This document shows positions 24,501 to 38,642 of a stretch of 64,000 bases of DNA, one piece after another; the first letter of the stretch is position 1, and each line of letters starts with the position of its first letter. This DNA is from Eledone cirrhosa (lineage: Eukaryota): contig OZ024744.1 in NCBI GenBank assembly GCA_964016885.1, positions 94,302,001-94,366,000 on the forward strand. The letters run 5' to 3'. A program made the position numbers and the translations under genes. Under the pieces are notes generated by a model. It was not told the origin of the DNA. It did not search any database and saw only the letters and a list, made by a program, of their open reading frames with translations.

Positions 24501-27500
24501 GTAGGGCATTGAGTATCTTTTAGTTTTGCCAGTTCCAAGGCAAACAGTAATGTTGATGCTGTCATAAAAGTTACCCAGTACACTCTGTAAAGTAGTAACT
24601 GAACTGAGATTATGTAAGGTTGAGAGGATTCCTTATGCTTAATGCTCTAGTGTTGGTGCCATATGCACCCAGTACACTCTGTAAAGTGGTTGACATTAGG
24701 ACAGACACCCAGCCAGTAGAAAACCATGCCAAAAATGGAATGTATGAGTAAGATGAGTGTTTCCAACCTACCCAATCTGTGTCAACCTGTCCAACCCACC
24801 TCATCATGGAATGTGTTCATAAAATATATATATATGAATGAACTGAGGTAGAAGCTGGGTTTAAGAGGAATCTGAGGCAGTGTACAGATGAAAAGACTGC
24901 GTTGGTACGGACATGTGTTGCGCATGGACAAGGAAGTTGCAGTAGAAGTAGACCAAAAATGGCCTGGGCCGAGGTGGTGAAAGCTGACCTCAAATCGATG
25001 AGACTCGTAGAAGAAACGACAAAGAAATATGGTGAGTGAAGAGATGTTGTGTTGAAAAAGACCCATCTAACTCATACAAACATGGAAAAACAATGATGTA
25101 TCTTGGTTGACTGGTAGTTGCGTTTCATCGAAGCCCAGAAAGCTAATGGCTTAATCATCTATGACGAAGATTACTTGTTGGCTTTGGTGACATTCATACC
25201 AGTCAACCAAAACACATATAATAAAAATGGTTCTATCCTATAAATTTACAACCAACATTAACCCTTTTGTTACCATATGTCTAATGAAATATACTGCTTA
25301 TGTGTTTCATTCAATTGATTTTGAAAATAACCAAACATTTGGAAGAATATAATAAAATAAAGTAATTTTTCATTAATAAACTGATACAGAAAGACAAATA
25401 AATACCAGGGATTGTCCGGCGGCTTACTCTTTGCACTGATCGCCTTCGAGACCTTAGGCATCCTCAGACCCTGTACTGCCAAGCTCCTCCGCAAAATCAG
25501 AATGTCAGCAGCTCGTCTGAGGAAAGAGCCCCGCGAGGGGGGATGGCTGTTGTAGCAGGTGTCACTGGCTATTGTCTGTGGAAATATCTTTGCAGGTTTT
25601 TCTGCGGGCCGCAGGCCAAAACACTACCCCACCCTAAGCACAGAGCCGATCTTGCTCTCTCATTCCCCCTCTTTTCTGAAGCCCTAGAGTCCTTGTTTTT
25701 CCCTCCTTTTCCTCTCAATAGTCCTTTCTTCTACTTTCCCAGACAGCCAGATATGTCTTTCTTTACCCCTCCCTCTTTTTCATATTTATGGAATCATCAA
25801 TGGTTTTAAGCCGACTTTGTGAATAAGATTTGTTAAATACTTTAAATAAAAGAATTATTAAAGTAAAAAAAACAAAAAATTAGAAGATTAATAAAAATTT
25901 CTGAAATAAAATTATGATGGAAGGTTTTAATAAGAAACGTTTTAAAATGAGTATCGTCGTACCATAAATCCTGGTCTGATATTGAAAGGGGTTACCATAT
26001 ATGGCTGATTAAGCACAAAAGTCCTTTCCTGCTGTGAAAAAAACATTCTTTCCGTTTCTGCCTTCTATTTCTATCTTCCAATGAAAAACAACGTTAAGGC
26101 TCTTTTCATCTATATCAAGTGTTAAGCTAATTTATATATATCTATATATACCATTTAAGTTAGTTTGATTACCGATTGGTAGAACTGGTGATTCGGGTTG
26201 GTTAATGATGTAACAAATCAATCAAAGCACTCAATGTTATGGAAGTCATCCATTTTAGATGTGATACCCAGTGGTTGGTGCAGGAACAGAGTAAACTATT
26301 CAATAAACAACAAGAAGGCTGGACTGGAAAATATGCTTTAGAATTTTAATTCCATGAAATCACTATACATATTTCGATGGCCCAGCTCCATCATCCAATT
26401 ATTATGCAAGACAGGACAATTCCATCAGGCGATATCCACTGAATTACTCAACAAAGTTACGTTGAACCCAAACATATAATGGATGATAAGGAAAAGAAAA
26501 TAGAAAATTGAAAATTTGATTTGGGGACTGCCTGCAAAAGAAGCTGTTATATTGGTACGAAGCAGTCCCCGAAATTCATCATCATCATCATCATCATCGT
26601 TTAACGTCCGTGTTCCACGCTTGCATGGGTTTGGACGGGGGTTTTCCCACTTGAGGCAAGAGTGATTGTCTTGCTCGCATAGGACTGTCTGGCGGGTTTT
26701 CTACAGCTGGATGCCCTTCCTAACACCAACCACATTTACAGTGTGGGGCTGGGAAGTTTTTACCATGTTGCCTACACGGCCACATTACAGCGTGGACTGT
26801 CTGGCGGGTTTTCTACAGCTGGATGCCCTTCCTAACACCAACCACATTTACAGTGTGGGGCTGGGAGGTTTTTACCGTGTTGCCTACACGGCCACATTAC
26901 AGCATGGACTGTGTGTTTTTTTGTCGTGACACCTACACGATCTCATTTGTTTCGGCCTGGATGTTGTGGCACCAACATAGCTACATTGAAAGGGGCGGTG
27001 TGGATGGGGTGGGGGTGGTGGACGGGGGTGTATTTTGTTAGAGATGCCTACTGACTGTAGTAGATTTTACTTTGTATTTAGGTAAGGCGGGTCTTCTCTA
27101 TTACTGAGTACCGCCAAAGGTCTCGGTCCAGTGACATTGTCTTGGAGAGGTGTAAGTGTGTGAGGTCGGAATTTATCAGCTCGTCCCAGGTTTTTCTGGG
27201 TCTGCCTACTCCGTAGCTACCGTCTATCTTTATTGCCCTGCACTTTGTTATACAGCTGTTATCTTTCATGCACATCACGTGACCATACCAACGTAGCCTT
27301 CTCTCGAGTAAACAACATCTGATCCCTCTTATTTCTAATTTTTTCCTTAGTTCGTTTATGCTTTGCCGTTCACGTATATTACTGTTACACATCCAGCGGA
27401 GCATGCAAGCTTCGTTCCTCTCCAGTCTGCGTATATCCTCTGCACACAATGCCCAGGTCTCACTGCCATGCAACATTGCTGTTCGTATGCAGGCATCATA

Positions 27501-30500
27501 CAACCTGCCTTTCATTTTTAGGGAGAACCCTTTAGTGGCTAATAGTGGTATAAGCTCTCTGAACTTTTTCCATCTAGTTCTGACTCTAGCTACTGTACTT
27601 TCAGAGCACCCTCCCCCACTCCTGATTTTGTCACCCAGGTAACGGAAGCTGTCCACTATTTCTATAGAACCCTCTGCGCAATTGAAAGAGCTAGTATTTT
27701 GTGGGCACTTGCTGCTACTTATTGTTATATATAAATATATATATCATCATTATACAGTATTGTGTTATTTTTCTTTGTTGACTTTTCATATACTTATGTT
27801 TGTTTACACTATTTTTCTAATAACTTCTGTATTTTTACCTTTTGCAGGTGTTGGAATTAATTTGTACTAGGGAATCTGGCTCAGTATTTGATTCTGGTGG
27901 CTTAAATTGTGTTCTCACCTTTATTCGTGAACATGGATCTCAGGTACACAAAGACACTCTACATTCAGCAATGTCTGTTGTATCTAGACTATGTGGAAAA
28001 ATGGAACCCACTCAGGATACAGCATTAGAAGGATGTGTAGAGTCTTTGTCCACATTACTTAAACATGAAGACCCATTTGTAAGTATATGCTGTTTCTCAG
28101 TTTTACTTTAACCCTTTCATTACCATATTTCTAATTGAAGACACTTCCTTATTGTTTTCAAATAATTTGGAAAATAATCAATAATTTGAAGGGATTTAGC
28201 AATACAATTAACTTTCTGGTGTTTAGCATTTACATTACTCTATATATATACTATTGTATTTTTGTGGTAAAGGCTTTACCTCACATATCAAATCTGAGAT
28301 TTTGATATTTATTTTGAGAACAAAATAAATATATGAGCAGCCAGAAAATTCTGGCCGGATACAGCCGGTTTAAAAGTTTTTACAAAAAAAAATATGATGG
28401 TTGGGTTTGGTATGAAAAGGGATAATGTTAGTGCTTCCAATTATGCTGATGGCATGAATAAAAGCATCCAGTCCATGCTGTAAAGTGGTGCTGGTATTAG
28501 GAAGGGCATCCAACCAGTATACTACTGCCAAAAACTATGAGCACAACTATGATTGGAATTCAGTTGGTAAGGATACCAAGTTCTTAAGGCAATATAATGA
28601 ATATGTACTTAAATGTTATACAGGAATTAGGTAGGTTAACAAATCAAACACTTTTTATATATTTTAAATGAAAGTACAAGGGTCGGCTGAGTAGTTCATA
28701 GGTTGTCCAAGACACTCTCATGGAATGACCAATTAAGTTTTTTTTTTACTTAGTCCTTGGAAAGAAACAATGCAGTTATTAGGAATAGTTTAAATTAATG
28801 CATGCAAGATTTCACAGCTCTAGCATCAATCTTTCATAATCAGGCTATGAACTTTGCAACTGACCTTCATATTAAAGCTTTTATTTAGATGATCAACTAC
28901 TAAATTCGTGTCTGTGAGTTAAAAGTATGGATATTATTTATTTTGCATGTGTCAAATATGTAGAATCAGATAAATTGAGAATATTTAGACAATAGGATGT
29001 TTGTAATTTTCATGTTTTGGTTGTGCTCATGGCTTTTGTAAGTCCTGTAAGGTTGGCATTTTTAATGCTCCTCTTGAACAGTGGCTGGAAAAAGATGCTC
29101 AGAGAAAGTTTTCTAGAGGGATGATGTTCTAGGATGAAAGATGGTGGGGTGGGGGACACAACACAATATAGGTAGGCGATGGAAGTGGGAGAGATGGGTT
29201 GCATGTTTGCATGCACCTCAGAGCAGACACTTCGAAGCTGGATGTGGGCAGATCATGGCATCAATATTGTGACCACAATTAGTGTGTTCAAGGCCTGCAT
29301 TCTGAGTGCTCTATTGTACTCTTTGAAAACGTGGACAGTACATTGTAGACACCTTAATTTGCTGGAAGAGCATAGAAAATGCCTTGCAGTATTTGTTTTC
29401 TCTCTGGGCTTTGGCTTCAAATCCTGCCATGGTCAACTTTGCTTTCATATTTTCAAGGTTGATAAAATAATGGCAGAATTGCTACAGTATTGAATAAGAT
29501 GCCTTGCACTATTTGTGTTAACTCATTGCATTCTGAGTTGTTCTTTGGTGATATTCTTAATCTGTCACCAAGTGTGACAACATCACACAGCTCTTAAGTA
29601 CCTTTAACAGAGTTCACTCAATTGCAAATGTTTAAGGTGTTCGATTTCATCATTGTTATCATCATTTAACAACTGCTTTCCCTGCTAGCAAGGAGGATAC
29701 CTTTTCTCTATGATTAAACAGTAAAAAACAAAATAATAATAATAAATAAAGCATAGATGAGTTGAGAAAGAAACTGGGTATAAGAGGGATAAGTTGTGGT
29801 GTGCAGGAGAGAAGACTGAGATGGTATGGACATGTGATGTGCATGGAGGATGACTGATGTGTAAAGAAGTGCCAAGAAATCCCAGTAGAAGGAAGTCGCA
29901 GTAGCGGTAGACCATAGAAAACAACGGCGGAGGTGGTGAGAGCAGACCTCAGATCGCCGAAACTTACGGAGGAGATGACGCAGGACCGTGACAAGCGGAG
30001 AGATGCTGTGCTGAATAGGACCCGTCCCACCCTTGCAAGCAGGGAAAAGCGGACGTAAAATGATGATGATGATGAAAGGTTGCTGTTGTAACTGTAGAAA
30101 AGGTAGGGAGTGGCACATCTGTGAATCAGTTTTACTCAATGTTGGTAATAGGAAATTGTGAAAGCAACTGATATATTAGAAATATTGATCAATGTGATAC
30201 AATCATTATTATCATCATCACCATTTAACATCCGTTTTTCTATGCTGGCATAGGTTAGACAAGTTGTTCTGTTGTGAGACAAGCTAGATCGGATAACTGT
30301 ATCTTGTTCATACAGAACTGATTTTGGCTTTGTTTCTACAGCTGGATGCCCTTCCTAACACCAACCATGTTTTTATTGTGGCCCAAAGCTACCACTTTCC
30401 AGTGTGGGCTGGCTGCTTTTTGTTGTGACATAGATGAATTTATGTTGGAAGAGTGACATAGATATCATTTCTCAATTTTATCCTTTTAATACCAAACTCG

Positions 30501-33500
30501 TTGAACCCACCCCTGGTTCTTTGATGATAAAAATTGTCTTAGTGTTTATATTTATCTAAAACCCTTCCATCATAGTTTTATTTAAGAACTTTTTAAGTTC
30601 TAAACACCAACTAAATAATGAGAGAGCTAGTTATATTACTAAGTCCCTAGAAATTCTTGATTATTTGAAAATCATAAGCAGTGTCTGTCTTTCATTAGAA
30701 ATGTGTTAATGAAAGGGTTAACAAAATTTTCTTAACTCTGATCTATAAATATGTCTTCATCCCCAAAAATACTCCATCTGTTTTTGTATGAATTTAATGT
30801 AATTTTTGTGAATTTGTGTCTCAAAATAAAGCTTTAAAGATACCAAGCAATTTTTTTTATCTAACAACCCAATGCAGAAGCTGTGGAACATGTGATCCAG
30901 TCATATTGTCATTATACTTTTTCAAGAATGTCTTGCTAATGTGGTTTCATGTGATACAGGACGTTAAGAGTTAAACCAAGAAACTAATATTGATTGGGAC
31001 TAGATGGTCTTGTATGACTTTTTTTGTTTTATCAATATTGGAATGTGACGCTTTGTTGTTACAGCTCACACATCATAGGCCTCATAGGAGGTTTCTTCGA
31101 TGTTTTAATGATAGGAGCCTCAGCCTTGTAATAATGTTACGCTTGAGTCGAACAATAATCATTTTTAATCCTTGTAGATAATATAATGTACAATTAGAAT
31201 GATAGTGTTTCAGGTATTTTCTTTCACCTTCAATTGGCAGTTAACAAATTTGAGTTGGGTCTTTAAGTTTGTATTTTAATATACACATTGGCTAAACATA
31301 TAATAAAATTGAACAACTTTTCTATGTTAATTCTGCTAGCCATATCTAGTTATTGTTTAGCCCCAGGCCATACTTGGTCAGGTAGTCAAGTTATAACCAC
31401 TGTCTTTTTTTATACGGAGAAAACCCATGACTGTTATCTAACTTGTCCTTTTCAAAAACTGGATGCGTCTTGAGGGAGACTAAGCTGCTATATCTAACAA
31501 GTGTAACAACTCTGTAGAAGCTCCCTCATTGGTGTAAGTTTTGCCTTGTAGTCTTGTACAATGAGCAGCTATAGACATTTTAATTTTAAATCTGACAGCT
31601 TCTATTTGTTGAATCTCTTGAATTCATCACCAATATCAATACAGATACACTGGAACCTTGGTTCATGAACTTAATTTGTTCCTGAAGGCCATTTGTCACC
31701 TGAATGTTGATAGAGAAATACAGTGAGTGAGAGAAAGAGACTATTAAAGACAGGTGGATATCGCTATAGTAGCTCACTACACAGCAAGTGATGCTTTCCC
31801 ACCGAAACCCTCAGCTTGTCGCCGACTACTGTTGTTGGTTTATGTTTTCATTACTCGAGGCACTTTTAATGAACCAAGATGTTTTATGTTCGGAAAAAAT
31901 TTTAATCAACTAATCTGTTCATGATGAGAGGCATTCATGAACTCAGGTTCCACTATTGTTACTACAAATAGTAGTCAAATAAATTTATTTCTTTGAACAC
32001 ATTAAAATTATTTTATTTTATTTTTTCTTCCTTCCAGATATTGTAGTTAGTAATAGCAATTAAATTATTTTACTGAATGTGATTAAATTATTGTTTTCTA
32101 CTTTTTTTAATTTAAAAAATATTTTTTTTCCTTTCCAGGTATCTGATGGTGCCCTTCGATGTTTTGCATCCCTTGCAGATAGATTCACACGAAGAGGAGT
32201 TGATCCTGCTCCACTGGCTCAACACGGATTAGTTGATGAACTTTTAAATCGTCTTCAGGCTGCTGGTGAAGCCGTTCATGGAACATCAACTGTTGGTCCT
32301 AGCACATCTGCCGGAGCGACTGCTCTGGTACCTGTTGATTCTAAATCCAGTGCAAGTGTTTCTACAGTGATTAGCTTATTGTCAACACTGTGTCGAGGGA
32401 GTCCTTGTATTACCCATGATTTGTTACGGTCTCATCTTCTAGAGGCTATTGAAAGTGGTCTTAAAGGCGATGAAAGGTTAGTTGTTGTTTTATTTTTTTT
32501 TTTTTTTTTTTTTTTTGTTACATATCACTGCCCTCTTCCCAACTTCACTAGCTGAATACCCTACTCAGCTCAGCCGTGTCTAAATTGCTTACTCATTTCT
32601 CCCCAACCCTCACTCTTCACGCCTGGTAACACCTTCCCTGTCCAACCCTTGCTTAAAAGCATGGAAAGCTGGACATGCTCCACATTTGGAGTGGGTGATG
32701 AAAGCACTCAGTCCACTCTGTAAGGTGGTTGCGGTCAGTGCCACAATAAAAGAAAAAAAAGAAAAAAAACAGCCACTCCTCACTGTTAGACATCTAAAGA
32801 CATCTAGCTGTAGAAATCAAGCCAACTTACAGATCTGTATTAACAAGAAGTGGTCACTTGATCCGACTTGTCTCATATTGTGACAACCCATCTAACCCAT
32901 CCAAGCATGGAAAATAGACATTAAATGATGATGATGATGATTTGTAAAGTGCCCTTTACAAATGAGTTTTTAAATAATTAGCAAAATCTGTTTTGATAAT
33001 GCTATGGAAATTTGTTCTCTGGTGTTTGAATTATAAAACTCGTTAAGCACAGAACAAAATTAACGAGTAGTAAAATATAATTTAAGCATAAAACTGGAGT
33101 TTTTACTTTAAATGTGGAGGATGTGTGTAGGCTGGAGAAAAATGAAGCAACCATGCTCCGTTGTATGTGCAATGTAAGTTTGAGAGTGAGGCAGAGCTTG
33201 GATGAGTTGAAGGAGAAGCTGGATTTAAGAGGAATCTGAGGTGGTGTGCACCATCATTATCTTCATATGTCTACTTTCCATGCTGGAATAGGTTGGATGG
33301 GTTGTCACTGTTTGAGACCAGATGGATTAGAGTGACCTCATCTTGCTCTTATGTTCCATATTTTGAAATGGCTTCTACAGCTGGATGCCTTTCCTAACAT
33401 CAGTTACAAAGCAAGGTGTACTGGGTCTTTTGTTTTTCCGTAGCACTAACATTACCACTTCACATAGTGTACTGGGTCTGTTTGTGACTCCAGCACTAGG

Positions 33501-36500
33501 GAGGTTATAATAAATACTTATAGCTTTTATCTCAAGTCAATAAAGAACCAGTTACATTGCACAATGTGTGACAAATTACCAGTTAGAGCGTAGGACAAAA
33601 TACTTTGCGATATCTGTTCCAGGTTTCTGTGTTCTGGGTTCAAATATCAATCAAAGTCAAATTCACCTTACATCTTTTTGATTTACAGTGTTGTCTTCTC
33701 CAGGAAAGGAGCATTAAGCAGGGCACTAAGCAACATCTTTTCATAGAAACATGGCTATGATACTAAAACTTTCCAAGAATGGCTCGATGTCTGCATTACA
33801 GCAACAACACAACAGCACAGATTGGAAATAAAGTTCATAATGGTGCATGGAAATTAGACATAAAACAGTGATGCCGTTTTATGTCTATTTTCCATACTGG
33901 CGTGGATTAAACAGGTTTATGTTATGAGGCCAAACAGAACAGAATACCACTTCTTGCTCATATTTTCAATTCTGTTGCCCTTCCTAATGCCAACCACTTT
34001 AGTGTGTAGTGGGTATATTTTACCATGGCACCAGTGCTACCACATGACAGGGTGGACTGGTGTTTTTTTTTTTTTTGTTGCACCAGCTCTACCACCTTTT
34101 AGGGTGGATTTTGTGCATTTTTATCATAGCACCAATACTACAACTTTTTTAGGGTGGACTTTGAGCTTTTGATTGTGGTACCTTACAGGGTGGATTGCAA
34201 AGGATATATTAAATTATGATTCACCCTGCCAATTTATCTGAATTCCTAGCATTTACATTACTCTATATAAATTATTATATTTTCATATTAAAGGCTTTAC
34301 CTCACATAATACTGAATCTAGGAGATTTTGATATTATTTATTTTGCGAACATTACTTTAACGTCAGTATGAGTGGCCAGTTACAGGTGGTTTGAACAAAA
34401 AGAGGTGAGAGAATTCTGGCCTGATACAGCATTTCTTGGGCATTTTTTAAACCTGATGGAGCCCAGGTCTGAACACAGCTGCTATCTTCCAGAGAAGGAG
34501 AGGAAGTAAGAAAGAGATATAGAAGAATCGATCCCAGTATTGGACTGGTACTTTTCTTTAATTGATCTTGAAAAAATGAAAGGCAAAATTGACTTTAGTG
34601 GCATTTGAACTCAGAGCACAGTCAGAACAGATATCACAAAGCATTATATTTGATGTTCTAATGACTTGGACAATTCGCCACCAATATAGTATCTTTACTA
34701 GTGCTCAAATTTTGAAAATTTGAAATGTTTAAAGACTTCAATTTCTAATGTAGAGCAGTTATAGTGCTATTTCAAGAATGTCTTGCTAATGCAGTTTCAT
34801 TTGATACAAGATATTAAGAGTTAAAATTGAAATAAAGTGTTTGATGAGTATTTGCATAGAATTACATTTAATTTGGGAGGGTTCTAGCACCCATCCACCG
34901 ACCCACCTTTCATGTGGGGGGTTTTTTTTTTTTTTAAATTGTTTTTTATTGCTTGTATATTTTCTCAAGTATTAAATACAATCTCTTATTTTCAGATGTT
35001 GCTTGGATACAATGCGGCTGGTTGATCTCCTCTTAGTATTGTTATTTGAAGGACGGAAAGCACTTCCTAAAGCTGCAGCTACTTCTTTATCATCTGGTAT
35101 TGGTAGCATATCAAGCAGTCGCCTGCTCCCTGGTTTAAGACGTGTGGACAGCTCAGGGACAGGAGAACCACGATCACACAGACAACTCATAGATTGTATC
35201 AGAAGTAAAGATACAGATGCCCTTATTGAGGCTGTTGATAATGGTATTTTTTTTTCTTTTATGTCTTTTTTTATTTTTTAGTTTACTTCTGATAGGCAAG
35301 AAATCAAATTAAAATGCTTCGGTTACTATTTTATTTTTGTTTTAATACTACTGAAACTAATGTAGCATGTTTTAATCCTTTTGATACCAAACTGCCTGAA
35401 ACCACTCCTGGTACTATAATACAAAATTTTATATTTTAAAATATACATATTTATCTGAAAACCTTCCATGTTAATTTTAAGATGGCCATATCCGGCCAGA
35501 ATTCTCTCACCTCTTTCTGTTTAAACCAGCCAGACCAGCTACTTAAACTGATGTTACGGTATTGTTCTCAAAATATATATCAAAATATTGTAGATTCATT
35601 ATTATATGAGATAAAGCTTTTACCGTGAAAATACAATAGTAAATAATGAGTAATGTAGGGTTAAGTTATGCTCCAAGCACCAGCTTAACCCTTTAGTAAT
35701 TACATTACTCGATATTTACTTTTATATTTTCAAGGTAATATCAAATAATATCAAATCTATGAGATTTTGATATCATTTATTTTGAGTGCAATACCTTAAC
35801 ATCAGTATGAATGGTTAGTTACAGCCAGTTTGAACAGAAAGAGGTGAGAGAATTCTGGCTGGATACAGCCGGTTTAAATGCTAAGAGAAACATACTAAAT
35901 CACTGCAAAATCTTGATAATTCTGAAAATGATTTGAAAATTACAGGCAGTGTCTTTCATTAGAAATATAGAGCAAAAGGGTTAACAGTATAAAATGCATA
36001 TATTGTGCTGAAATAGATTTAAAAAAAATTTTTTTTTTTTACTCCAGTTCAGTACTTCCCCGATTAAAATATCAGTTGATGAGACAAATGTCAGTAAGAT
36101 AAGGTTGGTTTAATCAACGTACAAAGCTATGTTGATTAAAAAGCAGAAAAATAATCTGTTCTAGAAGATTCTCTTTCAGAACTATTTTATAATAAACGAG
36201 AAAAAAGCAGATTTAATGTTAGAATTGAAGCAGTTTGGAAAGAAATTTACTGTGTGATTTAATTTATGAGAATGTGGTTAAAATGTCCTAGGAATGAATC
36301 GCTGGACAGATTTTAAGGGCAAAAATCAACCAACAGGAGACTCGGGCGTAAACCTTGAGCAAGATGGTTGGATAACATCCATGAGCTTGGCTAGTTTCAC
36401 TTGGGGATCCAGCCAGATCAGTTGGAAAAGGTTGGTTCTGACAGGACCTGCTGGGAGTAGTGTTTGTGGACTCTGCCTCCTTGACCCTCTCAGGAATATG

Positions 36501-38597
36501 TGGGTGAAGAAGAAGAGAATAGGTGATTAATATTATAGGGAAGGCACGTAGCCTAGTGGTTAAGGTCAGGGTGTTGGACTCATGATCAAGGTCATGGGTT
36601 CGATTCCTGGGCGAGTGACATTCATTCATTCATTTCATTTTACGTCCGCTTTACCCTGCTTCCAAGGGTGGGACGGGAACTGATTCTGGCTTGATTTCTA
36701 CAGCTGGATGCCCTTCCTAACACCAACCTCATTTACAGTGAGTGCTGAGTGCTTTTTTGCCGTGGCACCTCCACGACCACTTTGCAGTGGAATGACATGT
36801 TGTTCTTGAATATGACACTTCATTTCATGTTGCTCTGTAGTCAACACAACTGAAAAAACTCCAGTACAATCAACAGCAACTATAGGTTAACCACTGCAAT
36901 GAGTTGGTGTCCAGTCTGGTGTGTGTGGGGGAGGGGGGGGGGGTCTTTTCATGATAGAATAGGGGTCCTTACCATTAAAACACCCAAAAAGCCTCCTGTG
37001 AAATGCAATCTGCTAAACCTGTATAGGTATGAGTTGTAACAGACTACAGAAGATTAAGATTGTTCATTAAACCTGATTTGAAATTTCACTAAAGATTGCT
37101 AGTCATAATATCAAAAGTCTAGTTTTCTTAATTGGAAAATGTAAACCCAACAACTTTTAAAAATCACTCATCACTCATCACTCATACTATTTTATTTTAT
37201 GGCTAACAGGAAATCACTTATCTTTACCATAGGTTGATTCTTTTACCTTATTGGTCGTTGTATCTGTTACCTATTTAGCAGTAACTCTTTTATTACTAAA
37301 AGAAAAGATGAAATTTGTTTATGGTAGATCCTGTAACTCGTGATGGAGTCGTAGGGGTGCAGTTTTGACATTTAGCATTTCTTTGGCATTTTAAGCCTGG
37401 CTAAACTCATCCCTCTCCAGGCCCGAGTGCAACAGATTTCTTCTAGAAAAGGATAGAAAGTGAGAGAAGCAGTGAGAAAGAGATATGGAAGAAGAATCAA
37501 TCCCAGTACTTTTTTTTTATGAACCTTGAAAGGATGAAAGGCAAAGTTGTCCTGGGTGGGATTTGAACTCCTAGAGCAGGAACGAATACCACAAAGCATT
37601 CTATTTGATGTTCTAACGACTGCTAATTTGCTGCCTTTGATTAACAAAATAAATACGCTACCTATATTTCAATTTAAAAAAAAAAAATAATCAAGTACTT
37701 GGTGACTTCATTTCTAAGTTATTTTAAATTTTGCAATTATTTTTGTTTTGCACCAAAGAATTAGAGAGGAGTTGGTATCAAAAAGATGGATAAACGTTTC
37801 CACCTAAAATTGTGGATTATTTCAAGATTTGAAAGTTTCATACATTTGGAATCAAACTGATATTTTCTATTGATATGTAAACGAAAGAAAGTCGTTTGTT
37901 TTGTCTTATTACATGACACCACAACTCTCCATTTCTATTGACTAGTCAAGTCTATCTAAAATCATACCTTACTGTGTTATAAAAGGACATTATATATGGT
38001 CGTCGATGTCTTCAACCTTGGGTCTATTTAATAAAGCAATATCAAACAAAAGTCATTGAGGAAGATGGCGTGAGATTAGTTGATAACCCACGAAAGACAG
38101 AGCAGTAGTAGATATATGCGTCGATATGGATTTCGTTTATTTATCATGTAAATAGAGAACCATATATATATTTTGAATTAGTTCCCTTTTATAAATTGTA
38201 GTGGTGGGGTCGTTATTTCTTTCCATTAAAATTATTCCACACAAATAGGTCGCTGCAACCCATTTATATTTTCAAAGGAATTATACTCTCTGTGGTGCAA
38301 CTTTGTATTTTTATTAATGTCTTTTAATAAAATAATCATTGATAGAGCAAGTGGAATATCGAGGGTCTGAATCCTAGTTGCAGCCCCTTATTTAGTTCAA
38401 GTAATTTAAGTACCTGAGTAAATTCATTTATGTTTATAGATAATCTTCATTGTCTTTACATCAACTTTTCCACTCACGAGTTAGGCAGATGTTTTATAGA
38501 AGAATGTCCTTCCTGACACCAACCCTTTTAATCACTTCTTACAACACAGGGATAGGATTTGCCCATTCCAAATTCGATACATAATTTTAATTTGGGG

Positions 38598-38642
<45 letters not shown>

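Noticed and set aside
10105-27847. Nested gene in the 17.7-kb intron 2
   Set aside because: The listed ORFs are short or explained by repeats; no coherent exon chain on either strand
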